A stretch of DNA of 64,000 nt, taken from Octopus sinensis. Lineage: Eukaryota. The notes under the pieces were generated by a model that had not been told where the DNA came from, did not search any database, and saw only the letters and a list, made by a program, of their open reading frames with translations. The stretch is from positions 52,576,001-52,640,000 of the forward strand of contig NC_043001.1 of the NCBI RefSeq assembly GCF_006345805.1. The letters are read 5' to 3'. Shown here one piece after another: positions 1 through 12,339 of this stretch (its first letter is position 1; every line of letters begins with the position of its first letter). The position numbers and the translations under genes were made by a program.

Positions 1-297
1 GCTGTAAACGTTCCTACTTTCTAAACTTTTGTACAAATAATCAAGTTTTGTAAAAGAAATTCTATAATTTATTGAATACGATAAACTAATAAATATTACA
101 AGTCACTTAATGAAAGCAAAAGTGTCCAATTTGAAACCGATGACACACACACACCCCAATCACACATACGAATACATATACTCATATATAGATATACATA
201 TACATATACTCATATATAGATATACATATACATACATACACACACACAAACACAAACACATACATGTGTATATATATGTGTGTCTCTGTGTGTGTAT

Positions 298-696
298 TCT
301 TTATTCTTTTATTGTTTTTCAGTTATTTGACATGGGCCATGCTGGAGCACCTTTTATTCGCCCCCTGGATTTATTATTTCTAAACCTGGTACCTAATCTA
401 TCGCTCTCTCCTGCCGAACCGCTAAGTTACGAGGACGTAAACACCAATATCAGTTGTCAAGTGATGGAGGTGGAGGCAAGCAGCCACAAAGACCCACACA
501 TAAATATATACATACATATATATAAATTAAGAGTAAACCACTTTTATCCGTCCCATACATGACACTCGATTGTGAAATTGCCACGCAATAAACAGCACTT
601 GGGTATTAATAATTGGGTACACTACCACTGTATATTGAATAGGTACTATTCCTTAGTTGGCTGGCTTCCCAACCTCTAACTCTCACAGAAATATAC

Positions 697-760
<64 letters not shown>

Positions 761-922
761 GACAAGCTTCTTTCAGTTTCCGTCAACCAAATCCACTCAC
801 AAGGCTTTGGTCGGGCCAAGATTATAGTTGACGACACGTGCCCAAGATGCCACGAAGTGGACTGGACCCGGCACCATGCGATTGGAAAGCAAGCTTTTTA
901 CCACACAGCCATACCTGCGCCT
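298..922 (-). mobile_element. tRNA-derived SINE (family A: tRNA-like head, internal TA/TG microsatellite, conserved 3' body), split by an insert at ~527-690
   Basis: 761-922 and 298-505 are reverse complements of the 5' and 3' halves of the intact copy at 54485-54892. Confidence 0.85.
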
Positions 923-925
923 ATA

Positions 926-972
<47 letters not shown>

Positions 973-978
973 TATATG

Positions 979-1024
<46 letters not shown>

Positions 1025-1173
1025 GTGAAATAGAAAGATGAATAATCTTGTAGTAGATTAATCAAAAGTTTAACCGATACCTTAGTAGCAAAAATCACAG
1101 CAGTAAACAGCACGGTTGGAGGTACAACCATCTGGCGTTGCAACCGTGCGTTGGTGCGGATAATTGAAGTTAA

Positions 1174-1541
1174 AACATTATTGGTGAATTGAAAAAATGG
1201 AGCTGAACGCAGATTGAACAGAAATCGTTTTATTTCATTCTACACGTGTTTCGAAAGGCACAAATTACCAAAATCCGATTGAATAATGGGACCATATTGT
1301 GTCTTTCTCTTCAGGAAGAAAAAAGGAAATCCGTTGGAAAAACAAAAACAGAACAGAACTGTTCTGTTTTTGTTTTTCCAACGGATTTCCTTTTTTCTTC
1401 CTGAAGAGAAAGACACAATATGGTCCCATTATTCAATCGGATTTTGGTAATTTGTGCCTTTCGAAACACGTGTAGAATGAAATAAAACGATTTCTGTTCA
1501 ATCTGCGTTCAGCTCCATTTCTTCAATTCACCAATAATGTT
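1174..1541. repeat. Near-perfect palindrome (two ~183-bp arms, 2-nt spacer), Penelope-like inverted terminal repeat
   Basis: Position p pairs with 2715-p; centre AA at 1357-1358; one mismatch seen (1194); followed by (TA)n. Confidence 0.95.
1395..1481 (+). ncRNA. Type I hammerhead ribozyme (mirror copy on minus strand at 1234-1320)
   Basis: TTCTTC-CTGAAGA-GAAAG(A)CACA..TGTG(C)CTTTC-GAAAC-ACGT-GTA-GAA(T)GAA: full core, stem II, palindromic helix III, GUA triplet at 1472-1474, stem I. Confidence 0.8.
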
Positions 1542-2424
1542 ATATATATATATATAGATAGATAGATAGATATAGATATGTGTGCGTTTGTGTGTATGTA
1601 TATAGTATATATATAGTTGACATTTATAGAAAAACAAAAGATGAATAAAGGTGTATGGACAACAAGTAAGTGCATTAGTTTGACGCTCGGGAAAAATGAA
1701 CAGGTCTTTTACGTTTCAAACCTACGCTCTTCAACCGAAAGGAAGGAATGAGAGAAAATAAACAGAGAGAGGATGAAAAAATCTTGTAGTGTTCAGTACG
1801 TGCATACCTTGTACAAATAAGACTCCTGAAAGAGATTGTAAAATAGTATGTAGAAACGAAGATTGTATCACTTGAAACGGTTTTTTAATGTCTGAAGCAG
1901 CAACAGCCAAACATTATGCATTGTAGTATAGAAATTGATTATGTCATATACCTAGGGACTTAAAAGATATAGCCAGATAACATCATATTGGTGTGTAGTT
2001 TGTAAATAATTGAAATACTGCTTCTAATGTTGTGGGAGGATGAAGCTTTCAGGAAGGAAGCATCGAGGAATTTGATTTTAGTGAGTGAACGATCGGAAAT
2101 AGAGAAGAATTTGAATATTTTATAGAATTCCCTACTGAAGTAGTTGATCGATTACGGGAGCATCAATAATATAGCAGCACAAAACTACAATTGACGTTCG
2201 AGATAACCATGATACAACTACAATTCCGATGTCTTAGAAATTCAATACTCTTGAAGCCAGGTTCTGGTGGAAAATTCTTTATAAGTCACCCACTATAAAG
2301 TGGGAAGCACAGAATCCTCATCAGCGTACATTGTGAAGATGAACCATGGGTAGGCTGATAACTACGATTCATCTTTGATACAAACAAGATTTTTGAAACT
2401 TTATTGCAAACTGTATGGCGTGAT

Positions 2425-2640
2425 AGTGAGATCATGAAGAAATATGATTTCTAATTTATGTATCAATGCCAATAGATGACAACATTTCTCTAAAAGAAAT
2501 GAAGATACTTTCAAAATACAAATTCCTGGAAATAGAGGTAACTCGAATATGGAGTCTAAAAACAGAAACAATTTCTATCATAGTGGGCGCATTAGGTATG
2601 ATAAAAGATATTCAGACAAATACATAACGAAAACACCAGG

Positions 2641-2678
<38 letters not shown>

Positions 2679-2832
2679 ACAGAAAATAGCACTAATAGGC
2701 ACTGCATACATCCCACGTAAAACACTTTCAACACAGTACCTATATGAGCATCACAGCAAACCACAGTACATACACAAGACACACAGAGCTGCGCTCGGTA
2801 GTGCAGTGAAAGAAGGTTATAAAAAAAAATAA

Positions 2833-2869
<37 letters not shown>

Positions 2870-2870
2870 G
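2425..2870 (+). mobile_element. Older 5'-truncated copy of the R4/Dong-like LINE 3' end, with internal (TA)n expansion and (AAT)n tail
   Basis: Aligns by eye to ~42365-42764 (RLE C-terminus plus 3' UTR ..gagctgcgctcggtagtg..). Confidence 0.9.
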
Positions 2871-3061
2871 AGACGTTGTGAATAATAACCCAAATAATAT
2901 ATTGGAGACCTACACTAAAAATGAAAATCAAGAAATGGAATGTAATTTGGAAGATAAACGGACAGAAAGAACAACAGAATTCATCACGAAGGAAAATAAT
3001 ATATAAAAACTAGAGTTTAAATTTTAAAAAACTGTGATTGCGCAATAAATAGATTCCGTCT

Positions 3062-3367
3062 AACTTCAAAATTAAAGGAACAGTATACAGGTGCAAGGTA
3101 ATTTCAGAAAGTCAAATATATTATGATATTGGCGCTTGTGAGACATACATAAAAAGAAGAATAGCCAATCACGATTACTCATTTAGAGACTGCAAAAGGA
3201 GGAATGACATTAGTTTAAGTAAACTATTTTGTTGCTTAAAAGATAATGATAAAGAATATATAATTACTTTGGAAGTAATTAGTAGAGCCAAACAATTTAG
3301 TAGAAGTAACAAACGTTGTGTATTTTGTGAACCTTATTCTAAGGATTCCAGAACAATTTGGCAATAA
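3062..3367 (+). pseudogene. Penelope-like GIY-YIG endonuclease fragment (101 open codons without ATG, absent from ORF track)
   Basis: GTVYRCKV..YYDIGACETYIKRRIANHDYSF..SLSKLF..LKD..RAKQFSRSNKRCVFC matches the PLE GIY-YIG pattern with C-terminal CxxC. Confidence 0.8.
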
Positions 3368-3874
3368 AATTAACGATATCCTTAAATTTAAATAAATTTA
3401 ATTAATTATGAAATTAGCAAATTAACTAATAGACATATAGGGCATTACTAACAATATTAACAATAATAACAAGAGTAGTAGAAGTAGCAATACTTGGGAG
3501 AGGGATGATAATAAGAGTAAAAAACATACTGCAAGCAACCTAATATTAAGCATTAATAATAGCACTCATCATTTAACGATGGCCTATGTCTGCAGTCTGC
3601 TAAAATTTCTTAGACAGCTAGTCAATTTGTTGTTAGCAGTAGAGTTGAAAAGGTCAAGATCTAGGCTATTTTTGTAACAACGACACTGGATTGTACTCTA
3701 TCCTGAAGACGCGTCAATTAACAAAAATTGCACATAAAGATACAGATTTTGCCGTGTGCATTACTTGCTGCAAAAACAAGTGTAAGTGCAGAAACGAAAA
3801 TAAGTAATTATCTGCTGAATGAAACTGGATATAAATCACTGTACTCCTTTATTATAAATTCATTATATATCTAT

Positions 3875-4090
3875 ATACAAAGTATGGGGTTTAGTTCACA
3901 TGTGATCTTAACGATTAGGTCAGTGCTGTAACGGACTACTAAGACTCCAAGCTTGTAGCCGAGATGGTAGTTATGGAACAATTGCGGATTTTCGGTATAG
4001 CGGATATATAATGGTTAAAGAGGACAACAAACATTAAGGCAATGCAAACATCTCAAGTCATATACATTATTATTATCGGAAAAAATTCAA
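3875..4090 (+). repeat. Unclassified ~210-bp dispersed repeat, second copy at 14408-14612
   Basis: Shared blocks ctccaagctt.tagccgaga.ggta, gcggatatataat.gttaaaga, tcaagtcatata..ttattattatcggaaaaaa. Confidence 0.85.
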
Positions 4091-4199
4091 ATTCTTACAG
4101 TCATTTCTGGAATATCCCTGAGAATGGGATATTCTATCAGGGACAAATAGTGAAAATGACTACATAGTGGACAGGAGTAAAGGAATAAGGAGATGAAGA

Positions 4200-5160
4200 G
4201 AGAGAAGAAGAAAAGAAGCATAAATTTCATAGTTCAACTTTCCGATGTTGCAGAAATAAGTCCATAAATCATTAGGTGCAATTCTGCGTAGATCCATGTG
4301 GGTTAACGTCCTGATATTCTAAACAGCCGAACGTTGATATGTTCGCACCTTTTTCTGGATGTTTACTGAGCCGACTTTTGACTTGTCTATTTTGTCAATT
4401 TTGCAGTCAGTTAGTCTTTTATTTTTAGGATATTACAACTCACAGCTCCTAGTTTATTACCGCTCATTTACAGCCTATGCGGGTTTTTGCACCTCCAGAT
4501 ATCGTAGGTATATTTTTGTGTGGTTGATGTTTCTGGATTTAGTGCTGAATAAAGATAAGCATGCATAACTTCAATATATTCCTTCTTAGTCCATTTCTGT
4601 CTTGCATTTGAACATCTTTGAGATAGACTTGGTAGTTGATCCAGAGCGTCAGTTTTGAGAATATCCCTGGCTTGATTTGCTACAGGTTCTTGAGTAGGTT
4701 GGTCCTGATTAAAGACTTTTCGAGCTCAGTGTCAGAACCTAACTTCACTGCTGAACGCGTTCTTCGAACGACACGAGTTCTAGTTGATATTTCCATGGTT
4801 GGTATCCAGGGCGGTGCTATAAGCGCACAGAGTAATCCAGTTTACTGCTTCCTTGGATTAGTTTCAGGGATCCCAGGTATCATCATTTTCCGTGGGGTGG
4901 GTGTTTTATTTTGAGAAGATTTAAATTTGTTCATGTCATGAGTGAAAGGCAGAATTGGCAGTCAGAAGGAGAAAGCGACAGGGACGGTGGGCTGGAATAT
5001 GTAGAGGTGGTGTACATATAGGGAGAGGTGATGATGAAGAGAGAGGCGCAAAGGAACGAAGAGTGAAGATTAATCTCTGCTCACGGCGAAGACGGGTGTC
5101 CGGATGGCCCCTGTGCAAGGACAATCCGAACACAGACAAGTGTTGTAAAAAGTGACCGGT
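4200..5160 (-). mobile_element. Decayed 5' part of a divergent R4/Dong-like LINE
   Basis: Minus translation of ~4605-4390, RQKWTKKEYIEVMHAYLYSALNP..TYDIWRCKNP..NKLGAV, is homologous to the N-terminus at 39311-39530. Confidence 0.75.
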
Positions 5161-5397
5161 AGAGTGGAAGTATACTTATCACACACGCAAAGGCACACAC
5201 ATACATATATATTCATCTACTTGAAGCAACTCTGCACACACGTGCCATTTTTTAAGGACGCAAAAATGTAAGACTTAAGACCTAATGAACCTTTTCCATT
5301 TTCCTCTTTCCCTTTTTCATTTCCTTTTCTCGTTTCTTTTTTTTTACCCTTGTCAACCTTCGATCGCCTGTCAGTATTATTCTGGTAATGTTCAAAT

Positions 5398-5477
5398 CAT
5401 TCTGATGATATTTGCTACATGGAACTAGATAAAGGAAAGTTTACCTCAAAAATAACAAACTGAAACAGCTGTAAATG
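5398..5477 (+). ncRNA. Type I hammerhead motif with eroded stem II, in a ~5280-5715 PLE-like end
   Basis: CATT-CTGATGA-..-GAAAC-AGCT-GTA-AATG; stems I and III perfect, stem II partly paired (TTTG/CAAA). Confidence 0.65.
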
Positions 5478-5922
5478 TTATCCTAACTATAAAAAAACTA
5501 TGATAATTCAGTACTAATGATCAGCTTCTAATTGTCACATGTTGCTCCTTTTCTTCTCTTATCTTATCTGAATATATTAAACCACGGTTTACCCTTAAAT
5601 TACCAACTACCGTTAATCTTACACTAAGGCCTATACATAGTCAGGTAATGCACCAGTTGTGCCTACGGATACATTTATCCCTTAAACGGTTGCATAACCT
5701 CTAACTCATAATTTTATATATATATATATATATAATATATATATATATATATGTATATATATCGATATTTACATCGTTGAATTTTTTATTGCCTTTTTAT
5801 AGGTTTTGCCGTGGTTTAATTTTCGTAATTGACCAGTATATATATCGACAGTTGCTTTTTTCCTAAAGTTTCAAAGTCTTTAATTTTTTGGGAAATTTTT
5901 GTGGTGCGTTTCGTAGTGTTTG

Positions 5923-5924
<2 letters not shown>

Positions 5925-5997
<73 letters not shown>
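5925..5997 (+). repeat. (ATT)n microsatellite
   Basis: Uninterrupted ATT run. Confidence 0.95.
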
Positions 5998-5998
<1 letters not shown>

Positions 5999-6799
5999 TT
6001 TCGTTGTTTCTATGCCTTAGGTTACAATTTTCATTGTGGATATTTTCACTTACTATGCTATTTTTTTAGCACACTTGTTGCCCTGTTCCTAAGCTTGGAT
6101 GGTGTTTACAGCAGTCATTTCCCTTGGTTCGTTTTCTATTTTTATCTTTATGTGCGTTAACTTCTCTTGTTTCATTAGTATTATGTAATATATTTATGTT
6201 ATAGTTAATCTGCTCATCGTAGAAATAATTTACTCCTTCTGTATTTTGCGCTGCTATTATTTGTGCCTTGTTCTTTGAATTTGAATTCGAAAAAGTTATT
6301 CTTACTAAGTGCGAGGCGAAGCTTTTATAATACTTGCAGCCTTTTGGAAAATGTTTTTGGGAACGTTTTGCAAATGATTAGCATACGTGTCCTTTTTGAA
6401 GTAGTGGAGGTAATTTGTTCAAAAGAGACATGCTTTCTAAACAGATTCTGGTTGCTAACTAATTATATTCTTTCGTTCGTCACCCATTATAAAACCTAAT
6501 TATCCAACTATGTACTTTGCTTTGGCGATTTTACGTACGGATAGGTAAGAAAAACTTGGTAGTAAGCAGAATATATTTTTATTTTATTACCGATAAAATA
6601 GCTCTTATTCATGTACTAATGTTAACATCAATGTCCTTGGTTTGTTCAACTAGATATTTGTGGACTGTCAATAAGCAAAGGCTATTGAGGGTGATAAGTT
6701 TTCAAACGTGACCCAGCTTATTATGGACGACTTATGTTAGCGGACATAAAGGACCACCATCAATGTTCGGAAAAGAGAAAGAAGGGAAATATTAGTTTC

Positions 6800-6970
6800 A
6801 AGGTTTGGCAAAAGACCAGCAATTATGTGGGAGAGGCGCAGCGATTAAATTGATTCCCAAACTCAACTGTTACTTATTTTATCGAACCCGAAATGATGAA
6901 CGACAAAGTCAACTCAGAGCGTAACGACAGACGAAATGCCGCTATGCATTTAGCTGGGGATACTAATGAT
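6800..6970 (-). mobile_element. Degenerate SINE (family B)
   Basis: Reverse-complement similarity to 44625-44832 (tttcatc..ttcg..tcgataaaataagta). Confidence 0.6.
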
Positions 6971-7002
6971 TGTGTTATCTCGCTTGCTTATATAGGCGTA
7001 AG

Positions 7003-7159
7003 AGTGGCTGGGTGGTCAGTAGCTTGCTTACCAAACACGTGGTTCTGGGTTCAGTCCCACTGCCTGTCACTTTGGGCAAGTGTCTTTCACTATAGCCACG
7101 GGCCGACCAAAGCCTTGTGAGTGGATTTGGTTGACGGAAACTGAAATAAGCCCGTCGTA

Positions 7160-7198
<39 letters not shown>

Positions 7199-7466
7199 TA
7201 TATATATATGTATATATATGCGTGTGTTTGTGTGTGTGTCTGTGTGTGTATGTGTGTCTGTGTGTTTGTCCCCCCCCCAACATCGCTTGACAACCGATGC
7301 TGGTGTGTTTACGTCCCTGTAACCTAGCGGTTCGTCAAAAGATACCGATAGAATAAGTACTAGGCTAACAAAGAAAAAGTCCTGGGATCGATTTGCTCGA
7401 ATACAGGCGGTGCTTCAGCATGGCCACTGTCAAGTGACTGAAACAAGTAAAAGAGATAAAAGAGGT
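7003..7466 (+). mobile_element. tRNA-derived SINE family A, complete, with long internal (TA)n(TG)n
   Basis: Head gagtggctg.gtggt..gggttcagtcccact; 3' body matches 54485-54892. Confidence 0.9.
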
Positions 7467-8329
7467 TATCAATGGAAGTGAAAATCGATACAGCAAAACC
7501 TATGGCTTTGTTTATAACTTTCATTCGTTTTGATACATCCAAAATATACTAAAAGAAACAGATCATATGATACACTACTTAAACACTTCGTCAGTATAAC
7601 GAAAGATGTTCACCGTAAAACAGCAGATTTAACGATGTAAAAGGAGAAATTCTAGACTTCAGACATGAAATATGAACATAGTTATCATGAAGAGAAAATA
7701 AATAATTTATGTGTCCAAGTAGTTATAAAAATGGAATGAATCCCCTCGAAAAATCTCATATATGGACGTTCAAACCAAGGCAAGTGATTTCGCAATAAAA
7801 ACAATCCAACAGAGAATGACAGAAAATAATTTTTTTCTGAAACCAAGGACAATAATTAATAAAAATACAGTAAAAAATAATAAGCATTCAGGTAATACAA
7901 TATAAAATACGGGAATATTCAAAATAGGATAAAACACCTAAAACAAGTAATTTTAGAGAGATAGCAACAAATTCACTGACCTAACCCGAAAAATGATAAA
8001 GATGCCTTGAATCTAAAACATATTATTAAAAAAAAAAAGAAAACGAACCTTTCGTTCGTCAGGAACTGCATAAATAAACGAGGTATCAGAGTAATGCGTA
8101 CGACAGAGAAGTAGATGAATTTGTTGCGTGGCCTATGGAGAAGGAATTTCTCGCCAGGACCTAGAATATTGGAATCAAAATATGCAGAAGTTCTAGAAAA
8201 TAGTAATACACAAGAACTGAAAGGATTCACGTAAATTAAAACAACAGTAGTAACTATAAAAAATACTAATTCTCGGAAATCATATTTATTAATCTGGTGA
8301 GAAATCGAGAGCTAATACATTAATGACTC

Positions 8330-8490
8330 CCCAAAAGGAAAACGGAAAACAGAAGAGACCGATAGAATTAGCTCCAGGCTTACACAGAACAAGAGCAGGG
8401 GTCGATTTCTTCGACTAAAAGGCAGTGCTTCAGCATGGCCACAGTTAACTGACTGAAACAAGTAAAAGATTAAAAGAATAAAAGAATAAA
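8330..8490 (-). mobile_element. SINE family A 3' fragment
   Basis: Reverse complement of the family A 3' body (cgactaaa.ggc.gtgct.cagcatggcc). Confidence 0.8.
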
Positions 8491-9054
8491 TATCATAGTT
8501 ATGCGTTGTCAAACATGTCCTGAGGTGGTAAATACTCATCAAAATCGGACAAATCAAATATATGACATCAGTAGACATGAGGCAGGGAACTGAAAGTTTA
8601 GAATGACAAATAATTCCTTGTAGCAAACAACTAAATAATTCCGAGTAGAGTAGCAAAATTATAATAAGCAGCCAACAACTAACGGCAGAATTTGCGGAGG
8701 GAATATGCAGATACAGTCAATCACATTTTCTCCGATTACTCCCAAGCAATAAAAACAATCTTCGAAATAAATAAACAATCAGATAACAAATGACTACGCA
8801 CATAAAATCCCTCTCGAATATCCATAGTTTATCTGTGAGTAGATAAATCTTCCATAGTTACGTCTAAAAATAAAACGTGACTGAAAAAAATTGGAAAAAT
8901 GAAGTATTTAATGGAAACACTCATCTACAAATGAGTGTAATGAAGACAAAATTTGACAGCTTGTCAATAACAATTATAAACGCATGATGGCTGGCTTTAT
9001 CTGTTACCATTCCAAAATATACTCTCACAAAAAGAGAACGAACGCACAAGGGTA

Positions 9055-9148
<94 letters not shown>

Positions 9149-9159
9149 ATTCTATTATT

Positions 9160-9902
9160 CTTTTATTTGTTTCTGTCATTTGAGTGGACGGCTATGCTGG
9201 AGCACCGCCTTTAGTCGAGCAAATCAACTCCAAGGCTTATTCTTTGTAAGCCTAGTACTTAGTGTATCGGTATGTTTTGCCGAACTGGTATGTTACGGGG
9301 AGGCATACACACCAACATCGGTTGACAAGTGATTGTGGGGGACAAACATACACACACTCACACACACACATATATACGACAGGCTTATTTCAGTTTCTGA
9401 AGGCGCATGACTCAGTGGTTTTACAGTCGAGCTTACGATTGTGAGGTTGTGAGTTCGATTCCCGGACAGGCTGTGTGTTATGTTCTTGAGCAAGACACCT
9501 TATTTTGCGTTGCTCCAATTAACTCAACTGTAGAAATGAGTTGCGACATCACTGGTGCCACGCTGTATCGGCCTTTGCCTTTCCCTCGGATAACATCAGT
9601 GGTGTGGAGAGAGGAGGCTGGTATGTATGGGCGACTGCTAGCCTTCCACAAACAATCTTGCCCTGACTTGTGCTCCGGAGGGTAACTTTCTCGGTGCAAT
9701 CCCACGGTCATTCATGACCGAAGGGGGTCTCCTCCTCCCTTAAAAAATATTCAGTTTCTCTCTACTAAATTCACTCACAAAGCTTTGGTCGGCCCGAGAC
9801 CATAGTAGAGGACACTTGCCGAAGGTTCTCCTCAGTGCGACTGAACCAGGAACCCTATGGTTGGTAATCAAGCTACTTACCTCACAGCCACACCTGCGCC
9901 TA
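9160..9902 (-). mobile_element. SINE family A, complete, interrupted by a nested SINE
   Basis: 3' half 9160-9398 and 5' half 9750-9902 rejoin across the insertion. Confidence 0.85.
9399..9749 (+). mobile_element. tRNA-derived SINE family C, nested, with 10-bp target-site duplication
   Basis: A-box-like tgactcagtggt, B-box gagttcgattccc; TTCAGTTTCT at 9389-9398 and 9750-9759. Confidence 0.85.
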
Positions 9903-11341
9903 TATTTATTTACATCTATGTCTGGAAATGAAAAGTAATACATTCTAGTGTAGCACAGTGGACAGTATTAGTACATAAAGGGGGTTCGCTACACAACCAC
10001 ACACACATACACATACACACACACGTACACACACGCACAAACACACACATATACTGAAAATTTGAAGTTCAGTATTTAACATTATCTCCTATTTATCGTA
10101 TTGGAGCATGTGCACATATGTTTACATTAATTCATTAAAATGTTCAACGTTTCTCGTGATTTAACAGAATGTGTACAATAATTAGTTAAGAATATTTTCT
10201 CGAAAATAAGAAAAGTGAAGGTGATTCACATTATTGCTAATTAGTTTATCAACCTTTGTATTAATGCCACATGTTCATGAGAAATAAAAAAAAATAAACG
10301 AAGTAACAAGTATAGTTTCTTGAGAATACAAGTAATTAATTGTCTGTTACAACAATCCAAATATTTTGTCTCTGGTATTTCCGTCGCACAATGAATTTAG
10401 TCATGTATTGAATATGACAAATATATCTGTACATGTGCTTGAGTGAAAATACTCTACAAATTCTTAAAACAATTTACTCATATCTTTCAAAGGTTCTGGG
10501 AACAAATATACTGAGAAAGATGGTAGACACTTCTAAATAAATATAAACTTTACAACAATGGTTTTCGCTTTGATAATAAGAAAACTATCTGACATAACGA
10601 ACGGGAAACAAATAAAAGTCGATTAAGACGTTATCTCGGTCAACACTAAACTGAATATAGTTTGATTTCGCTATGCATTTTGTAAGAATTCTTATAATGG
10701 CAACACAAGGATTCCAGGTTTCATATAAACAAATATTGCCTTAAAATATGTCAGATATTTGTGTTAAATATGAATATTATCTGATTGAATAATCCAGAGT
10801 GGAAAATCTGTCTACTGAGTGGTATATAACGAGGCACTTTTCGTGATTCTTTATATTTACACAATTATATAAGATTGACAAACAGCAATATATACAGGAT
10901 GCAATATATACAGGCTGCTCTAAATGAAACATATGAAAATATATATCGACGTCAACGTGATAAAATATTTCAAAACTTTGCATACATTTGCATTCTAATC
11001 ATAGCTATTTCTGTTCAGAAAATGCCCTTTTCCTAGGCATATCTAAAAGTTATTTACCAACTTGCCGCGATTTCAGGGTACTGGAAAGTATTAAAACGAG
11101 AGAACCTTAACTAATATTGACGCAGTAAATCATTCATATACAACTGCTAACATAGGTTTACATAACGTAAGTTTACATAGGCAGAGCAGAGCAGAATAAG
11201 ATTCTCGTATTGTATGAGAGTGGCTCGTAGATTTAACAATTGCCGTTCAAGTGGACAGAACTTGAAATTCTAAAGAACTGAGGAAATCAAAAGGAGCTCT
11301 ATCTTATGCCATTGAAGTATCTGTAACTGAGAAAATTGCTC

Positions 11342-11384
<43 letters not shown>

Positions 11385-11489
11385 CTATCTCTATCTATAA
11401 CTATCTGTCTGTCTATCCATCTATCTATCTATAAACTCTACAGAGATATCCTCCTTAGTAAAACATACACATATATGCATGTATGTATG

Positions 11490-11556
<67 letters not shown>

Positions 11557-11586
11557 ATATATATATACATATATGCATACACACAC

Positions 11587-11629
<43 letters not shown>

Positions 11630-12000
11630 ATATACTTGTAATATTAAGAATTAAAATTTATAACTTATACATTATAAATATGAATTAGTATATAAATCAA
11701 CCTTGTAAAGTCAATTATATAAAGTGGAATACAGATTATAAGATATTAAGTTATACTTCAGAATAAAAATGTCTGTGTTTAAATGTGAAATTTAACAATA
11801 ATTATTATTCAATTTTATTAGATACTTCGTATATTTCTAGATAAATATATAAATATATGATAAATAAGACGCCATGGTACGATATGCAGATATATGTAAT
11901 GCTAAAGGTTTGTACCTGATTGATTTGGAAATTCGTTTTCACAAATTATTTAAATTATATAGGTATGTATATATATGCGTATATATATGTAAAGGTATAT

Positions 12001-12075
<75 letters not shown>

Positions 12076-12196
12076 GTATATATATACACACACACACATA
12101 CACAGGCACACACACATACATATACATATGTATATATATACCTATATATACATACTTATATATACATACACATATATATATGTATGTGTATATATA

Positions 12197-12231
<35 letters not shown>

Positions 12232-12339
12232 CTCTGGGGAGAAATGGAAAAGCATTTTACGTTTCGAATGGATGCTCTTCGACAGAAAGGGATAAGAGGA
12301 AACAAATGGAGAGAGAATGAAAAAACACAAGAGAGGAAA

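Noticed and set aside
1695-1745. Hammerhead-like TTGAAGA..GAAACGTA on minus, with a related copy at ~12255-12295
   Set aside because: Neither copy has CUGA, stem II cannot form without using core bases, and stem I is not adjacent
1850-2420. Possible RT remnant on minus (MYADE.. ISKT)
   Set aside because: Motif spacing and flanks are too degenerate to support a call
5040-5160. GC-rich 5' region of the divergent LINE examined for an HDV-like ribozyme
   Set aside because: Could not assign P1/P2/P3/P1.1 pairings by eye; an Infernal or RNArobo search would be needed
7540-8980. Minus-strand hydrophobic frames suggesting a membrane-protein pseudogene
   Set aside because: Many stops, no recognisable motif, and T-richness alone gives F/L/I/V-rich translations
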